Both the position numbers and the translations under genes were made by a program. A DNA stretch of 64,000 nucleotides. Origin: Candidatus Omnitrophota bacterium. Its GTDB lineage: Bacteria > Omnitrophota > Gorgyraeia > Gygaellales > Profunditerraquicolaceae. Positions 47,742 to 57,893 of this stretch are shown here, one piece after another (the stretch's first letter is position 1; each line of letters opens with the position of its first letter). The notes beneath the pieces are model-generated. The model worked only from the letters and a program-made list of their open reading frames with translations. It was not told where the DNA came from and did not search any database. Location: the NCBI GenBank assembly GCA_042577285.1, contig JBHPDM010000001.1, forward strand, positions 16,665-80,664. The letters run 5' to 3'.

Positions 47742-49175
47742 ATGGAATACGAAGTCGTTATCGGACTAGAAGTCCATCTTCACTTAAATACTAAGACCAA
47801 GGCCTTTTGCGGCTGCTCTACCGAGTTCGGCAAAGCCCCTAATTCGCAGGTCTGTCCGGTATGCCTTGGTTTCCCCGGGTCTTTGCCTGTACTAAACGGC
47901 ATTGCTCTGGATTACGCAATAAAGGTGGCCCTGGCCTTAAACTGCGAGGTCCAGGAATTCACTAAATTCGACCGCAAGCATTATTATTATCCTGATCTGC
48001 CGAAAAATTATCAGATCTCTCAGTACGACTTACCGGTGGCAAAGAACGGAAATCTTAATATTGAGCAGGAGGGTAAGAGCAAACGGATCGGGATCTTGCG
48101 CGTACACCTTGAGGAGGACGCCGGCAAACTGATCCACGAAAAAGATTCGAGCTTAGTTGATTTTAACCGTGCCGGTATTCCATTGCTTGAGATAGTCAGC
48201 CTCCCGGATATTAATTCGCCTCAGGAGGCGCACGCATATCTGAGCAGCCTAAAGACCACGCTTGAATACCTGGATGTATCGGACTGCGATATGGAAAAGG
48301 GGTCTCTGCGTTGTGACGCAAATATTTCGTTGCGCAAAAGCCAAGCTAAGCAGTTAGGGATAAAAACAGAACTAAAAAATATGAATTCTTTTAAAGCGGT
48401 AAAGGATGCCTTGATCTATGAGGTGGCGCGCCAGACTGAATCCTTAAGGGCAGGTAAAAAAATCGTTCAGGATACCAGGCTCTGGGATGCCAAGGAGGCA
48501 AAGACACTTTCTATGCGCTCAAAGGAGGAGGCGATGGATTACCGCTATTTCCCTGAGCCGGACCTTGCGCCATTTCTGATCTCTAAAGAGAAGATCAAAA
48601 AGATCTCTGCGGAGATCCCGGAGTTGCCGGCGATGAAGCTGAAGCGTTTCATCAGGGAGTTCGGCCTCTCTGAATATGATGCCGGGATACTTGTGGCCTC
48701 CAGGCCGGATGCGGAATTCGCACAAAACTGTATAGAAGCATATCCGGAAAAGGATAAAAAACCTGTGGTTAACTGGCTGATCGGCCCTGCGCTTTCCGAG
48801 GCAAACGAGCGCAAATGCAGCATGCAAGAGTTAAAATTAAGACCGGATGCCTTAATGAAGCTGATCGGCTTTGTGGCCAGCGGAAAGATCTCAAACTTGG
48901 CGGCTAAAACGGTATTTAAGGAGATGGTCGATGCCGGAAAGGGCGCAGAGGAGATCATCAAAGAGAAAAACCTGGGGCAGATCTCAGATAAAGACAGCCT
49001 TAATGACCTGATCAAAGAAGTGATAAGGGAGAATAAGAAATCAGCCGGTGATTTTCGGGCCGGTAAGATCAATGCACTGATGTTTCTAGTAGGTCAGGTG
49101 ATGAAGAAGAGTAAGGGAAAAGCTAATCCAAAAACGGTGCAGGAACTTTTAAAGCGGAGGCTGACTGATGCGTAG
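47742..49175 (+). CDS. gatB: Asp-tRNA(Asn)/Glu-tRNA(Gln) amidotransferase subunit B
   Basis: MEYEVVIGLEVHLHLNTKTKAFCGC. Confidence 0.95.
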   Translation: MEYEVVIGLEVHLHLNTKTKAFCGCSTEFGKAPNSQVCPVCLGFPGSLPVLNGIALDYAIKVALALNCEVQEFTKFDRKHYYYPDLPKNYQISQYDLPVAKNGNLNIEQEGKSKRIGILRVHLEEDAGKLIHEKDSSLVDFNRAGIPLLEIVSLPDINSPQEAHAYLSSLKTTLEYLDVSDCDMEKGSLRCDANISLRKSQAKQLGIKTELKNMNSFKAVKDALIYEVARQTESLRAGKKIVQDTRLWDAKEAKTLSMRSKEEAMDYRYFPEPDLAPFLISKEKIKKISAEIPELPAMKLKRFIREFGLSEYDAGILVASRPDAEFAQNCIEAYPEKDKKPVVNWLIGPALSEANERKCSMQELKLRPDALMKLIGFVASGKISNLAAKTVFKEMVDAGKGAEEIIKEKNLGQISDKDSLNDLIKEVIRENKKSAGDFRAGKINALMFLVGQVMKKSKGKANPKTVQELLKRRLTDA

Positions 49176-50445
49176 GAAGCTTATAATCTTTTGTGTGTTA
49201 TTGATCTTGGTTACGCTGGTAGTCTTTGCTAACAGGGCGATATCGGCTATGGAGAAGAAGAATAAAGATGACCTCTTCAGACAGGTCAGCCTCTTCTCTG
49301 ATACGATCGCGATCATCCAGTCGGAATACGTAGAAGAGGTCCCCTCGCGGGATCTGATCTACGGAGCCCTTAAGGGGTTGCTTTCGGCCCTGGATCCGCA
49401 TAGCCAGTTTCTTGACCCTGATTCCTATAAAGAATTGAAGGTTGAAACTGAAGGCAGGTTCGGGGGGCTGGGAATCGAGATCACGATCAAAGACGGGTTA
49501 CTGACTATAATTACCCCGATAGAGGATACCCCCGCTTGGGATATCGGCCTAAAGGCAGGCGACAGGATAGTCAAGATCGAAGACGAATTGACCCGCGACA
49601 TGACGCTTATTGATGCGGTGAAGCGTTTACGCGGCAAACCCGGGGATGCGGTAAATATCACAGTTTTGCGAGAGTCGGAAAAAAAGCTTATTGATTTTAA
49701 GATCGTCAGAGCAATAATCAAGATAAAGGATATAAAGGTCGCGAAGATCTTGGAGGATGGCACCGCTTACATCAAGCTTGTGGAATTCCGCGAGAATTCG
49801 GCCAGAGACATCAACCGGGCCCTGGAGGCTCTAAAAAAAGAGGGGATGGATTCATTGATCCTGGATCTGCGCAATAATCCGGGAGGCCTGCTTGATGTGG
49901 CAGCAAAGGTTGCGGGAAGTTTTATCGAGAAGGACAAGATGATCGTCTATACCAAGGGGAGAGAAGGACACCAGGATCTTGAATTTATCTCCCGCGAAGA
50001 TTCACCGCTCCTTGAATTGCCGATGGTGGTTCTGATCAATGAAGGATCAGCCTCGGGTAGCGAGATCGTCGCCGCCTGCCTGCAGGATCATAAACGGGCT
50101 ATTATCCTGGGGATCAAATCCTTTGGGAAAGGTTCTGTTCAGACGGTGATACCGCTGGGGGATGGCTCGGCATTAAGGCTGACGACAAGCAAGTATTTTA
50201 CACCGCTGGGCAAGGAGATCCATGAAAAGGGAGTTGAACCTGATATTGTCGTAGAACAACCCCAGGAGTCTGAGCAGGCCGTCGATGAAAAGAAAGATGT
50301 ACCGGGTAAGATATTTGAAGAGCTTGACCAAAAAAAAGAGGAAGAGGCAGGTCTTGATGAAAAAGATAAAAGTGATCATCAGCTTGTCAGGGCAATAGAC
50401 GTGATCAAAGCCCTGAAGATCTACAGAAAAACAAATAGCCAGTGA
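49168..50445 (+). CDS. ctpA: carboxyl-terminal processing protease (S41A)
   Basis: PDZ domain plus the S41 catalytic region (GSASGSEIVA…FGKGSVQ). Confidence 0.9.
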   Translation: MRRKLIIFCVLLILVTLVVFANRAISAMEKKNKDDLFRQVSLFSDTIAIIQSEYVEEVPSRDLIYGALKGLLSALDPHSQFLDPDSYKELKVETEGRFGGLGIEITIKDGLLTIITPIEDTPAWDIGLKAGDRIVKIEDELTRDMTLIDAVKRLRGKPGDAVNITVLRESEKKLIDFKIVRAIIKIKDIKVAKILEDGTAYIKLVEFRENSARDINRALEALKKEGMDSLILDLRNNPGGLLDVAAKVAGSFIEKDKMIVYTKGREGHQDLEFISREDSPLLELPMVVLINEGSASGSEIVAACLQDHKRAIILGIKSFGKGSVQTVIPLGDGSALRLTTSKYFTPLGKEIHEKGVEPDIVVEQPQESEQAVDEKKDVPGKIFEELDQKKEEEAGLDEKDKSDHQLVRAIDVIKALKIYRKTNSQ

Positions 50446-51245
50446 AGCGGGTCTTTGTATCGGGGAATCTTGGCGTTTACAAAGCAGCGGTGATCGTTCT
50501 CTCGACGATAGTCATCCTGCAATGGGCGCTCTTTTTTATTTTTATCCGGCCCAAGATCAGGGATATTACTTACGCTCCGCTTAAGGGTAAGATCGCTATC
50601 GTGATCGACGACTGGGGTTACAGCCTGCAAAACATTCAGACGATCAGCCAGTTCCGCTTTCGGGTCACAGTTTCGGTCCTGCCGAACCTGAAGTTTTCAA
50701 GGGTGGTTGCTGAGAAACTTCACGGGATGGGGCATGAAGTGATCCTGCATCTTCCGATGGAGCCGCAAGAACCTAAGCGGCTGGAAAAGAATACTATCCT
50801 CACCTCAATGGATGCGTCTATGGTCAGAAATATATTGGCCGATGACCTGAAACAGCTGCGCCTGGCGCAAGGAGTATCCAATCACATGGGCTCGAGAGCA
50901 ACCGAAGACATGGAAACGGTCACCGCTTTGTTCAAGGAGTTAAAACGGAGGAAGCTATATTTTCTTGATAGCCGGGTAAGTACGAAATCCGTATGCCAGA
51001 AAGTAGCGGCGAGCCAGAGATTGCGATTCGCTAAGAGAGACGTGTTTCTTGATAATCGCTCTGACCCGGAATACATCTTGGCTCAGATAGAAGAATTAAA
51101 GGAGAGAGCCGTTGCCTTTGGCATGAGCATAGGTATCGGCCATGACCGCCGTAATACTCTCGAGGTCCTAAGGGAGGTAATTCCCGAACTTGAAAAGGAG
51201 GGATTTAAAATGGTGGTCCTCTCGGAGCTGGTGAAAAAGCAATGA
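50442..51245 (+). CDS. divergent polysaccharide deacetylase family protein (YibQ-like)
   Basis: GTG start with an N-terminal TM. IAIVIDDWGY…HLPMEP… resembles the YibQ family. Confidence 0.65.
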   Translation: MKRVFVSGNLGVYKAAVIVLSTIVILQWALFFIFIRPKIRDITYAPLKGKIAIVIDDWGYSLQNIQTISQFRFRVTVSVLPNLKFSRVVAEKLHGMGHEVILHLPMEPQEPKRLEKNTILTSMDASMVRNILADDLKQLRLAQGVSNHMGSRATEDMETVTALFKELKRRKLYFLDSRVSTKSVCQKVAASQRLRFAKRDVFLDNRSDPEYILAQIEELKERAVAFGMSIGIGHDRRNTLEVLREVIPELEKEGFKMVVLSELVKKQ

Positions 51246-52219
51246 ATGTCATGGGAATCGAGACCTCCTGCGATGAGACGGCTGCTGCGGTAGTGCGTGA
51301 CGGCAGAAAGGTCCTCTCTAATGTCGTGGCTTCAAGCCTTGCGCTGCACAAAAGATTTGGCGGAGTGGTGCCGGAAATAGCCTTCCGCAAACAACTGGAG
51401 ACGATCACGCAGGTAGCAGACAGCTCGCTGGATAGGGCAGGGCTGAACTTAAAAGATATAGGATTGATCAGCGTTACCTCTTCACCCGGGCTTTTGGGGT
51501 CATTGCTGGTCGGCCTTTCATTTGCCGAAGGTGTTTCCCTAAGCAGGGGGATCCCGCTTTTGCCGATAGATCACCTTCAAGGGCATATTTATGCCGGCTT
51601 TCTTAACGATGAAAAGATCCCTTTCCCCTTTGTTTCTTTAGTCGCCTCAGGCGGGCACACTAGCCTGTATTTGGTAAAGGATTTTAGCCGGATCGTTCCA
51701 ATAGGTGCGACCCGGGATGATGCATCAGGAGAGGCCTTTGATAAAGTCGCAAAGATCCTCGGATTAGGTTATCCGGGCGGACCGCCGATAGAACGGCGGG
51801 CCCGCAGGGGGGATCCAAAATTGATCAGGTTTGCCTGCAGCAATACCCCGCATCCGCTGGATTTTAGTTTTAGCGGTATTAAAACAGCCGTACTCTATTA
51901 TTGCCGAGATAAAAAGATTAAGCCGCTGGCAGATAAGCGAATCTCGGATGTTGCTGCTTCCTTCCAGGAGGCGGTGGTGGATACCCTGGTCAAGAAGTCC
52001 CTTTCTGCCTGCGCAAAGACGAAGGCAAGGCACCTGGTGATCGGAGGAGGGGTGGCTGCAAACCAGAGGTTAAGAGAAAAGTTCCATTCAGGGGCAGCTT
52101 TAGCGGGGGTAAAGTGCCACTTTCCGCAGAAGGCCTACTGTATGGATAACGCCGCGATGATCGCAGGGCTAGGATACCGTCTTTTTAAAAAAGGATACCG
52201 AGGAGGTAGCTATGCTTAG
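51242..52219 (+). CDS. tsaD: tRNA N6-adenosine threonylcarbamoyltransferase TsaD
   Basis: MNVMGIETSCDETAAAV…. Confidence 0.95.
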   Translation: MNVMGIETSCDETAAAVVRDGRKVLSNVVASSLALHKRFGGVVPEIAFRKQLETITQVADSSLDRAGLNLKDIGLISVTSSPGLLGSLLVGLSFAEGVSLSRGIPLLPIDHLQGHIYAGFLNDEKIPFPFVSLVASGGHTSLYLVKDFSRIVPIGATRDDASGEAFDKVAKILGLGYPGGPPIERRARRGDPKLIRFACSNTPHPLDFSFSGIKTAVLYYCRDKKIKPLADKRISDVAASFQEAVVDTLVKKSLSACAKTKARHLVIGGGVAANQRLREKFHSGAALAGVKCHFPQKAYCMDNAAMIAGLGYRLFKKGYRGGSYA

Positions 52220-52664
52220 TGAATCCCAGATCATAATCAGGTTAACGCTGGCAGTGGTGCTCAGCGGACTAGTGGGCCTGGAGCGGCAGATGCACCGCCG
52301 CCATGCGGGCCTGCGCACTCATATCCTGGTCTGTCTTGGGTCTTGTCTAATAATGTTGACATCCTTATACGTTTTTGATATATATATAAACAAAGTCCCT
52401 CTTGACCCGGCCAGGATCGCAGCAGGCGTGATCGCCGGTATCGGCTTTCTGGGGGCGGGCACGATCATCAGGGAGAGCGACCGGATCAGGGGTCTGACAA
52501 CTGCGGCAAGCCTTTGGGTGATCGCAGGTATCGGCCTGGCGGTGGGTTGTGGCTTCTTTGTGGGAGCTGTTTATACTACGGTACTGGTATTAGTGGTTTT
52601 ATTTTTTTTAAGGCGTCTGGAGGCGCAAGTCAAATTAAAGGAAAATCAAGCTAAGAGGAGGTGA
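52212..52664 (+). CDS. MgtC/SapB family membrane protein
   Basis: IIIRLTLAVVLSGLVGLERQ…. Confidence 0.8.
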   Translation: MLSESQIIIRLTLAVVLSGLVGLERQMHRRHAGLRTHILVCLGSCLIMLTSLYVFDIYINKVPLDPARIAAGVIAGIGFLGAGTIIRESDRIRGLTTAASLWVIAGIGLAVGCGFFVGAVYTTVLVLVVLFFLRRLEAQVKLKENQAKRR

Positions 52665-52673
52665 GCTAGGAAA

Positions 52674-53177
52674 ATGGCTTTTAAGAAAAAGGCGGATGAA
52701 AAAATACTGGATGTGGATGCAGCGATGCAGGGGTCCCTTAACTTTAAGGATCCGGTGAACCTGCGGATAAACGGGAAATTCGAGGGCACCCTTGAGACAA
52801 AGGGTAACTTGACCGTGGGCTCTACCGCTACAGTTCTGGCAGATATTATCGGCGATAATATCGTGATCGGCGGCAGGGTGAAGGGTAAGATTACAGCCAA
52901 AGAGAGGCTGACGCTTCTTCCTACGGCGATCATCGAAGGTAATATATTCCCGGCAAAATTGAATGTCGCAGAAGGCGCGATATTCGAGGGCAAGTGCACG
53001 ATGCTTCACGATTTTCTGACCTCAGAGGAGTTATCCCGGTACCTTGATGTCGATCTGAATTCGATCATGGACTGGGCTAATTCCGGGAAAGTCCCTGCTT
53101 TAAAGGAAGGCGAGGCCTGGAGGTTTGAAAGAAAGGCGATCGATTCCTGGGTCGCTACGGGCAAGGTAAAGAAGTAA
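52674..53177 (+). CDS. bactofilin domain fused to C-terminal excisionase-type HTH domain
   Basis: Residues ~20-105 form a bactofilin beta-helix (INGKFEGTLETKGNLTVGSTATV…IEGNIFPAKLNVAEGAIFEGKCTM). The C-terminus SRYLDVDLNSIMDWANSGKVPALKEGEAWRFERKAIDSWV is paralogous to the HTH protein at 2015..2203. Confidence 0.75.
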   Translation: MAFKKKADEKILDVDAAMQGSLNFKDPVNLRINGKFEGTLETKGNLTVGSTATVLADIIGDNIVIGGRVKGKITAKERLTLLPTAIIEGNIFPAKLNVAEGAIFEGKCTMLHDFLTSEELSRYLDVDLNSIMDWANSGKVPALKEGEAWRFERKAIDSWVATGKVKK

Positions 53178-53205
53178 GCCCACCAATCAATAGAACGGCT
53201 TAAAA

Positions 53206-53517
53206 ATGGCTGATGAGAAACTTTTGACCGTCAGGGATGCCGCTGCCGTCTTGGGCATCACTGAAAAAGAGATCATGGATCTGGCTGAAAATGGCTCTAT
53301 CCCCGCGTATAAGATAGGCGGAGTATACCTGCGCTTCAAGCCTTCGCAGCTGGAACTTTATCAAAAGAGCATTAACCCCGCAGCACATAAAAGCAAGCCT
53401 GCGGATACAAGGAGCGCGGGTAGTAAGCTTTCCGACTTTTTGTATTTTAATGATTTTTATATCATAGCCGCAGCGGTGATCGTCCTGCTCTTTGTGATCA
53501 TTTTTAGTGGGTCTTAG
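53206..53517 (+). CDS. excisionase-type HTH protein with C-terminal transmembrane anchor
   Basis: LLTVRDAAAVLGITEKEIMDLAENGSIPAYKIGGVYLRF is the HTH. The C-terminus FYIIAAAVIVLLFVIIF is a TM helix. Confidence 0.65.
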   Translation: MADEKLLTVRDAAAVLGITEKEIMDLAENGSIPAYKIGGVYLRFKPSQLELYQKSINPAAHKSKPADTRSAGSKLSDFLYFNDFYIIAAAVIVLLFVIIFSGS

Positions 53518-53520
53518 CAA

Positions 53521-54186
53521 GTGGAGAAGGTCGGAATCTGCGATCTGGGGTTTGCAAAGATAGACCTGGAGAGGCTCAGCAGGAGAGGATTCTCCGAGGC
53601 CATATATTGCACCGGAAAGACCAGGGAACAGCTCAAAAATATCTGCCTTGGGCTTTCTAAGAATAAACAGGATCTACTGCTCACCAGGCTAGAGAAGAAG
53701 ACTTACCGGTACCTGAAGCGTTCCTTTAAGCAACTTAAATATAATCCTACCGCTAGGATCGGCTATACGCACAAACTCAAGAAGGGCCGCGGCAAAGGGT
53801 CAGTCTTGGTCGTCACTGCCGGTACATCTGATATGCCGGTAGCTGAAGAGGCGGTGCTGACGCTTAGATTAATGGGGAGCAGGTGTGAGGTGCTCTGCGA
53901 TGTGGGCGTTGCCGGGGTACACCGGTTGCTGCGAAACCTTAAAACCCTGAAAAAAGCGAAGGTGATCGTCGTAGTCGCCGGTATGGAGGGAGCGCTGGCA
54001 AGCCTGGTAAGCGGGCTGGTGAAATGTCCGGTGATCGCGGTACCGACAAGTTGCGGTTACGGGGCAAGTTTTAAAGGCCTGGCAGCATTGTTGGCGATGC
54101 TCAACAGCTGTTCACCCGGCGTTGCGGTGGTAAATATTGACAATGGTTTTGGTGCGGGATATTTTGCCGCCCTGATCAATAAATAA
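53521..54186 (+). CDS. larB: nickel-pincer cofactor biosynthesis protein LarB (PurE-like)
   Basis: GTG start. VLVVTAGTSDMPVAEEA…VVVAGMEGALASLVSGLV…IAVPTS matches the LarB/PurE fold. Confidence 0.75.
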   Translation: MEKVGICDLGFAKIDLERLSRRGFSEAIYCTGKTREQLKNICLGLSKNKQDLLLTRLEKKTYRYLKRSFKQLKYNPTARIGYTHKLKKGRGKGSVLVVTAGTSDMPVAEEAVLTLRLMGSRCEVLCDVGVAGVHRLLRNLKTLKKAKVIVVVAGMEGALASLVSGLVKCPVIAVPTSCGYGASFKGLAALLAMLNSCSPGVAVVNIDNGFGAGYFAALINK

Positions 54187-54192
54187 GTTTCT

Positions 54193-54612
54193 ATGGGCCA
54201 AAATAGGATCAGCTTAAAGAAAGCGACGGAGTTTCACGGACATCTTGGCCCCTGGTTGGTGTTGGGGATATTGATGGGGGAGCGAGCGTTAAAACTTATA
54301 CAGGCAAAGAAATACTTTGGAGTAAGGGTAAAAGTTTGGGGGGTAAGCAAGAAACCCAGGTCATGCCTGATCGACGGTTTGCAGCTTTCTACAGGGGCAA
54401 CTTTCGGTAAGGGAAATATTATTAAGTTAAACGGGGAACGCGTTAAAACAGAACTTTTAAATATAAAAAACGGGAAGAAAGCAGTCTTTAAGTTACAGAA
54501 TAAGATTTTATCCGAGTTAATCGCTGTAAAATCTCACAAAGATTCTGAATTTCTTGCCCGACGTCTTTACAAGACTAAGTTATCAGACATTTTACTAATA
54601 ACTAAAGACTAA
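54193..54612 (+). CDS. FmdE/FwdE-domain protein
   Basis: EFHGHLGPWLVLGILMG matches the FwdE-family HGH-x-CPG-like motif region. Confidence 0.55.
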   Translation: MGQNRISLKKATEFHGHLGPWLVLGILMGERALKLIQAKKYFGVRVKVWGVSKKPRSCLIDGLQLSTGATFGKGNIIKLNGERVKTELLNIKNGKKAVFKLQNKILSELIAVKSHKDSEFLARRLYKTKLSDILLITKD

Positions 54613-54628
54613 TAACTAGAAACTAAAA

Positions 54629-55957
54629 ATGGCTCTTTCCGGACTAGATATCTATAAATTATTGCCCAAGACTAACTGCAAGGAGTGCGGATTTGCTACG
54701 TGTCTGGCCTTTGCCATGCAGATCGCAAAAAAGGCTGCAAGCCTGGATAAGTGCCCTCATTTGACGGATGACGCTAAGGTAAAGCTTGAGGAATCAAGTC
54801 AACCCCCGGTAAAATTAGTCAGCATCGGCGCGGGCGAGAATAAATTAGAAGTAGGTAACGAAACCGTCCTCTTCCGGCATGAAGAGAAGTTCCATCATCC
54901 ATGCGGCATAGGTTTTATCATTGAATCGGATCAGGCAGAGCCTGCGATCAAAGAAAAACTCAATAAGATCAATCAGCTGAAATTTGAGCGCGTGGGGCAA
55001 GAGATCAGTGTCAACCTGGTAGCAGTAAGGCAGAAGGGCTCTGCCGAGGGTCTGATCAAAGCGCTAAAGATAGTAGTCGAGAATACGCAGTTAGGACTTA
55101 TGCTGATGGTCGATGACCCCGAGGCTTTAAAGAGCTGCCTTGAGATCACCAGGGAGCGTAAGCCTTTGATCTACCGGGCAACAAAGGAAAATGCCTCGTC
55201 GTTTTCAAAGTTGGCCGCGGAATTCAAGTCTGCGCTTGTAGTCAGCGCAGAGGAGATCGAAGGACTTTCTGCACTGACTAAAGAAGCGAATAACCAGGGC
55301 GTGCAGGAATTAATCCTGGATACCGCAAGCAAAGGCGTGGCGCAAAAAATATGGGATTTTACCCGGATCAGGAGACAGGCATTAAAAAAGTCTGACCGCA
55401 GCTTAGGGTATCCGGTTTTAGCGGTGATCGAAAAAGATGACCCCTTCGAAGAAGCGATGGAAGTAGCTACATTTATCTGCAAATATGCCGGGATCGTGCT
55501 GATGAAGAGCATAGAATCATGGCAGGCTTTATCATTGTTGACTCTCAGGCAGAATATATACACTGATCCGCAGAAACCCCTGCAGATCGAGCCTAAGCTT
55601 TATGAAGTCGGACAGGTAAGCGCCGGATCCCCGCTTCTTGTAACCACTAATTTTTCCCTTACTTATTATACTGTCTTGGGAGAAGTCGAGGCAAGTAAGG
55701 TCCCCTCCTACATCTTAAGCGTTGACACCGAGGGGATGTCCGTACTTACTGCCTGGGCAGCAGAGAAATTTACGCCGGAGAGTATCACTAAGGCGATCAC
55801 AAAGTTTGGAGTCAAAGATAAGATCTCGCACAAGAATATGATCATCCCGGGTTATGTAGCAGTGTTAAGCGGCGACCTTGAAGAAAGCTCAGGCCTTAAG
55901 GTCAGCGTCGGCCCAAAAGAGGCTGCCGGTATCCCAAGCTTTCTGAAGAATCTTTAA
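54629..55957 (+). CDS. acsC: corrinoid iron-sulfur protein large subunit (acetyl-CoA decarbonylase/synthase gamma subunit)
   Basis: The N-terminus LDIYKLLPKTNCKECGFATCLAFAMQIA…KCPH is the 4Fe-4S binding region of AcsC/CdhE. A TIM-barrel region and a corrinoid-binding domain follow. Confidence 0.85.
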   Translation: MALSGLDIYKLLPKTNCKECGFATCLAFAMQIAKKAASLDKCPHLTDDAKVKLEESSQPPVKLVSIGAGENKLEVGNETVLFRHEEKFHHPCGIGFIIESDQAEPAIKEKLNKINQLKFERVGQEISVNLVAVRQKGSAEGLIKALKIVVENTQLGLMLMVDDPEALKSCLEITRERKPLIYRATKENASSFSKLAAEFKSALVVSAEEIEGLSALTKEANNQGVQELILDTASKGVAQKIWDFTRIRRQALKKSDRSLGYPVLAVIEKDDPFEEAMEVATFICKYAGIVLMKSIESWQALSLLTLRQNIYTDPQKPLQIEPKLYEVGQVSAGSPLLVTTNFSLTYYTVLGEVEASKVPSYILSVDTEGMSVLTAWAAEKFTPESITKAITKFGVKDKISHKNMIIPGYVAVLSGDLEESSGLKVSVGPKEAAGIPSFLKNL

Positions 55958-55961
55958 AGAT

Positions 55962-57893
55962 ATGGAAAAATTCAAAGTAAAGTTTTACCCTGAGGATAAG
56001 ACCGTTGAGGTCCCTAGGGGCAAGACCATACTTCATGCTGCTATATCGGCAGGCGTCTACATTAATACCAGCTGCGGGGGTGACGGAGTCTGCGGAAGGT
56101 GCAAGGTGATCCTCAAGCAGGGTAGCGTCAGCTCTCAGCCTACAGGGAGGATCAGCATCCAACAGAGGAAACTCGGATATTACCTGGCATGTCTTACTAC
56201 CGTCCAGAGCGATCTTGAGGTTGAGATACCTCCTGAATCAAGGCTGGAACTGGAGAAACTTTCCGGTGAGGATCTGGACCTGAGATTAAAAGGGCTTTAT
56301 TCAGAGAGCGAGAATATAGAGTCTCCCGTATCGGTGTTGGGTGAAAAGTTTTTTACACACTCTCCGTTGGCCACAAAATTATATCTGGAGCTGCCAAAGC
56401 CATCACTTGACGATAAGATCTCGGATCTCGAGAGGCTGTACCGGCAGATCAGGCGGATAGAGGATATCCCGATCATGCAGACCGGGCTTGCCAACATCCG
56501 AAGGTTGGGTGGACTCTTGCGTTCCTCAGACTGGAAGGTCACGGTCACTCTGGGTAAGCGGAACGGGACAACCGAAATCGTGCTGACCGAACCGCATGAT
56601 ACTTCCGGGAATAATTATGCCCTGTGTTTTGATATCGGTACGACGACTATCTCCGGCCAACTGATCGACCTCAAGGAAAAGAAAGTCCTTGGCACAAAGG
56701 TTACCTATAATAAACAGGCAAGCTACGGAAGCGACGTGATCACGCGGATCATCTATGCCCGGGAGAAGGATGGCCTTGAGAAACTGCATCATGCCGTAAT
56801 CGACGGCTTGAACCAGATGGTCCAGGATCTTGTGCGCGAGCATTCAATAGACCTGATTAATGTCACCGCTGTCGTCTGCGCCGGTAATACCACTATGGTC
56901 CATCTCTTATTACGGGTAGATCCTGCCAATATCAGGAGGGAGCCATATGTGCCTACGGCTAATTTCGTACCGACGGTACGCGCCGCAGAATCCGGCTTGA
57001 GGGTAAACCCGAGAGGCCTCCTGTACTGTGTCCCCGGAGTTGCCAGCTATATAGGAGGAGATATTACTGCCGGGGTCCTCGCCTGCGGGCTCGATTCTGC
57101 CGAGGACTTAAGCCTCTTGATCGATATCGGGACTAACGGGGAGATCGTTTTGGGGAGTAAGGACTTTCTGATCTCGGCGGCTGCATCCGCCGGTTCGGCA
57201 TTTGAGGGGAGCGGGATGACTTCCGGGATCCGGGCCACAAAAGGGGCGATGCAAAAGATCAAGATTACGCCAAAGACTCTTGATGTAGCTTTTGAGACGA
57301 TCGGAGGGAGCAAGCCGCTTGGCATATGTGGGTCAGGGTATATCGATCTGCTGGCAGAATTGCTTTCCTGCGGCGTGGTCGATAAAGATGGAAAGATAAA
57401 ACCGCTGGAGAATAAACGTATCCGTAGCGGCGAATCGGGCCGCGAATTTGTGATCGCTTTTAAAAAAGATGCCGATGCCAGCCAGGATATTGTGATCAGC
57501 GAGCCGGATATCGAAAACCTGAAGCGGGCAAAGGCTGCGATCTATTCTGCCGGTGCAACCTTGATCAAGCACATGGGATTTGAATTTTCCGGGATCAGTA
57601 AAGTATTTATCGGGGGCGGCTTTGGCACGTATATTAATATAGAGAATGCTATAAGGATCGGGCTCCTGCCGGATATCGATAGGTCCCGGTTTGTTTTTGT
57701 GGGAAACTGCTCTTTGACGGGAGCGCGCCACGTATTGCTTTCATATGAGGCGATGAAGAAAGCGGAAGAGATCGCAAAGAAGACTACCTGTTTTGAGTTA
57801 TCGGTCGATGCCGGATACATGGATGAATACATGGCAGCGATGTTCTTCCCGCACACTGATCTCTCGCGGTTTCCCAGCTTGGAAAAGAAATGA
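55962..57893 (+). CDS. corrinoid activation/regeneration protein (RACo/AcsV; 2Fe-2S ferredoxin + ASKHA ATPase)
   Basis: N-terminal plant-type ferredoxin CGGDGVCGRCKV. A C-terminal ~500-aa ASKHA/DUF4445 region. Confidence 0.8.
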   Translation: MEKFKVKFYPEDKTVEVPRGKTILHAAISAGVYINTSCGGDGVCGRCKVILKQGSVSSQPTGRISIQQRKLGYYLACLTTVQSDLEVEIPPESRLELEKLSGEDLDLRLKGLYSESENIESPVSVLGEKFFTHSPLATKLYLELPKPSLDDKISDLERLYRQIRRIEDIPIMQTGLANIRRLGGLLRSSDWKVTVTLGKRNGTTEIVLTEPHDTSGNNYALCFDIGTTTISGQLIDLKEKKVLGTKVTYNKQASYGSDVITRIIYAREKDGLEKLHHAVIDGLNQMVQDLVREHSIDLINVTAVVCAGNTTMVHLLLRVDPANIRREPYVPTANFVPTVRAAESGLRVNPRGLLYCVPGVASYIGGDITAGVLACGLDSAEDLSLLIDIGTNGEIVLGSKDFLISAAASAGSAFEGSGMTSGIRATKGAMQKIKITPKTLDVAFETIGGSKPLGICGSGYIDLLAELLSCGVVDKDGKIKPLENKRIRSGESGREFVIAFKKDADASQDIVISEPDIENLKRAKAAIYSAGATLIKHMGFEFSGISKVFIGGGFGTYINIENAIRIGLLPDIDRSRFVFVGNCSLTGARHVLLSYEAMKKAEEIAKKTTCFELSVDAGYMDEYMAAMFFPHTDLSRFPSLEKK

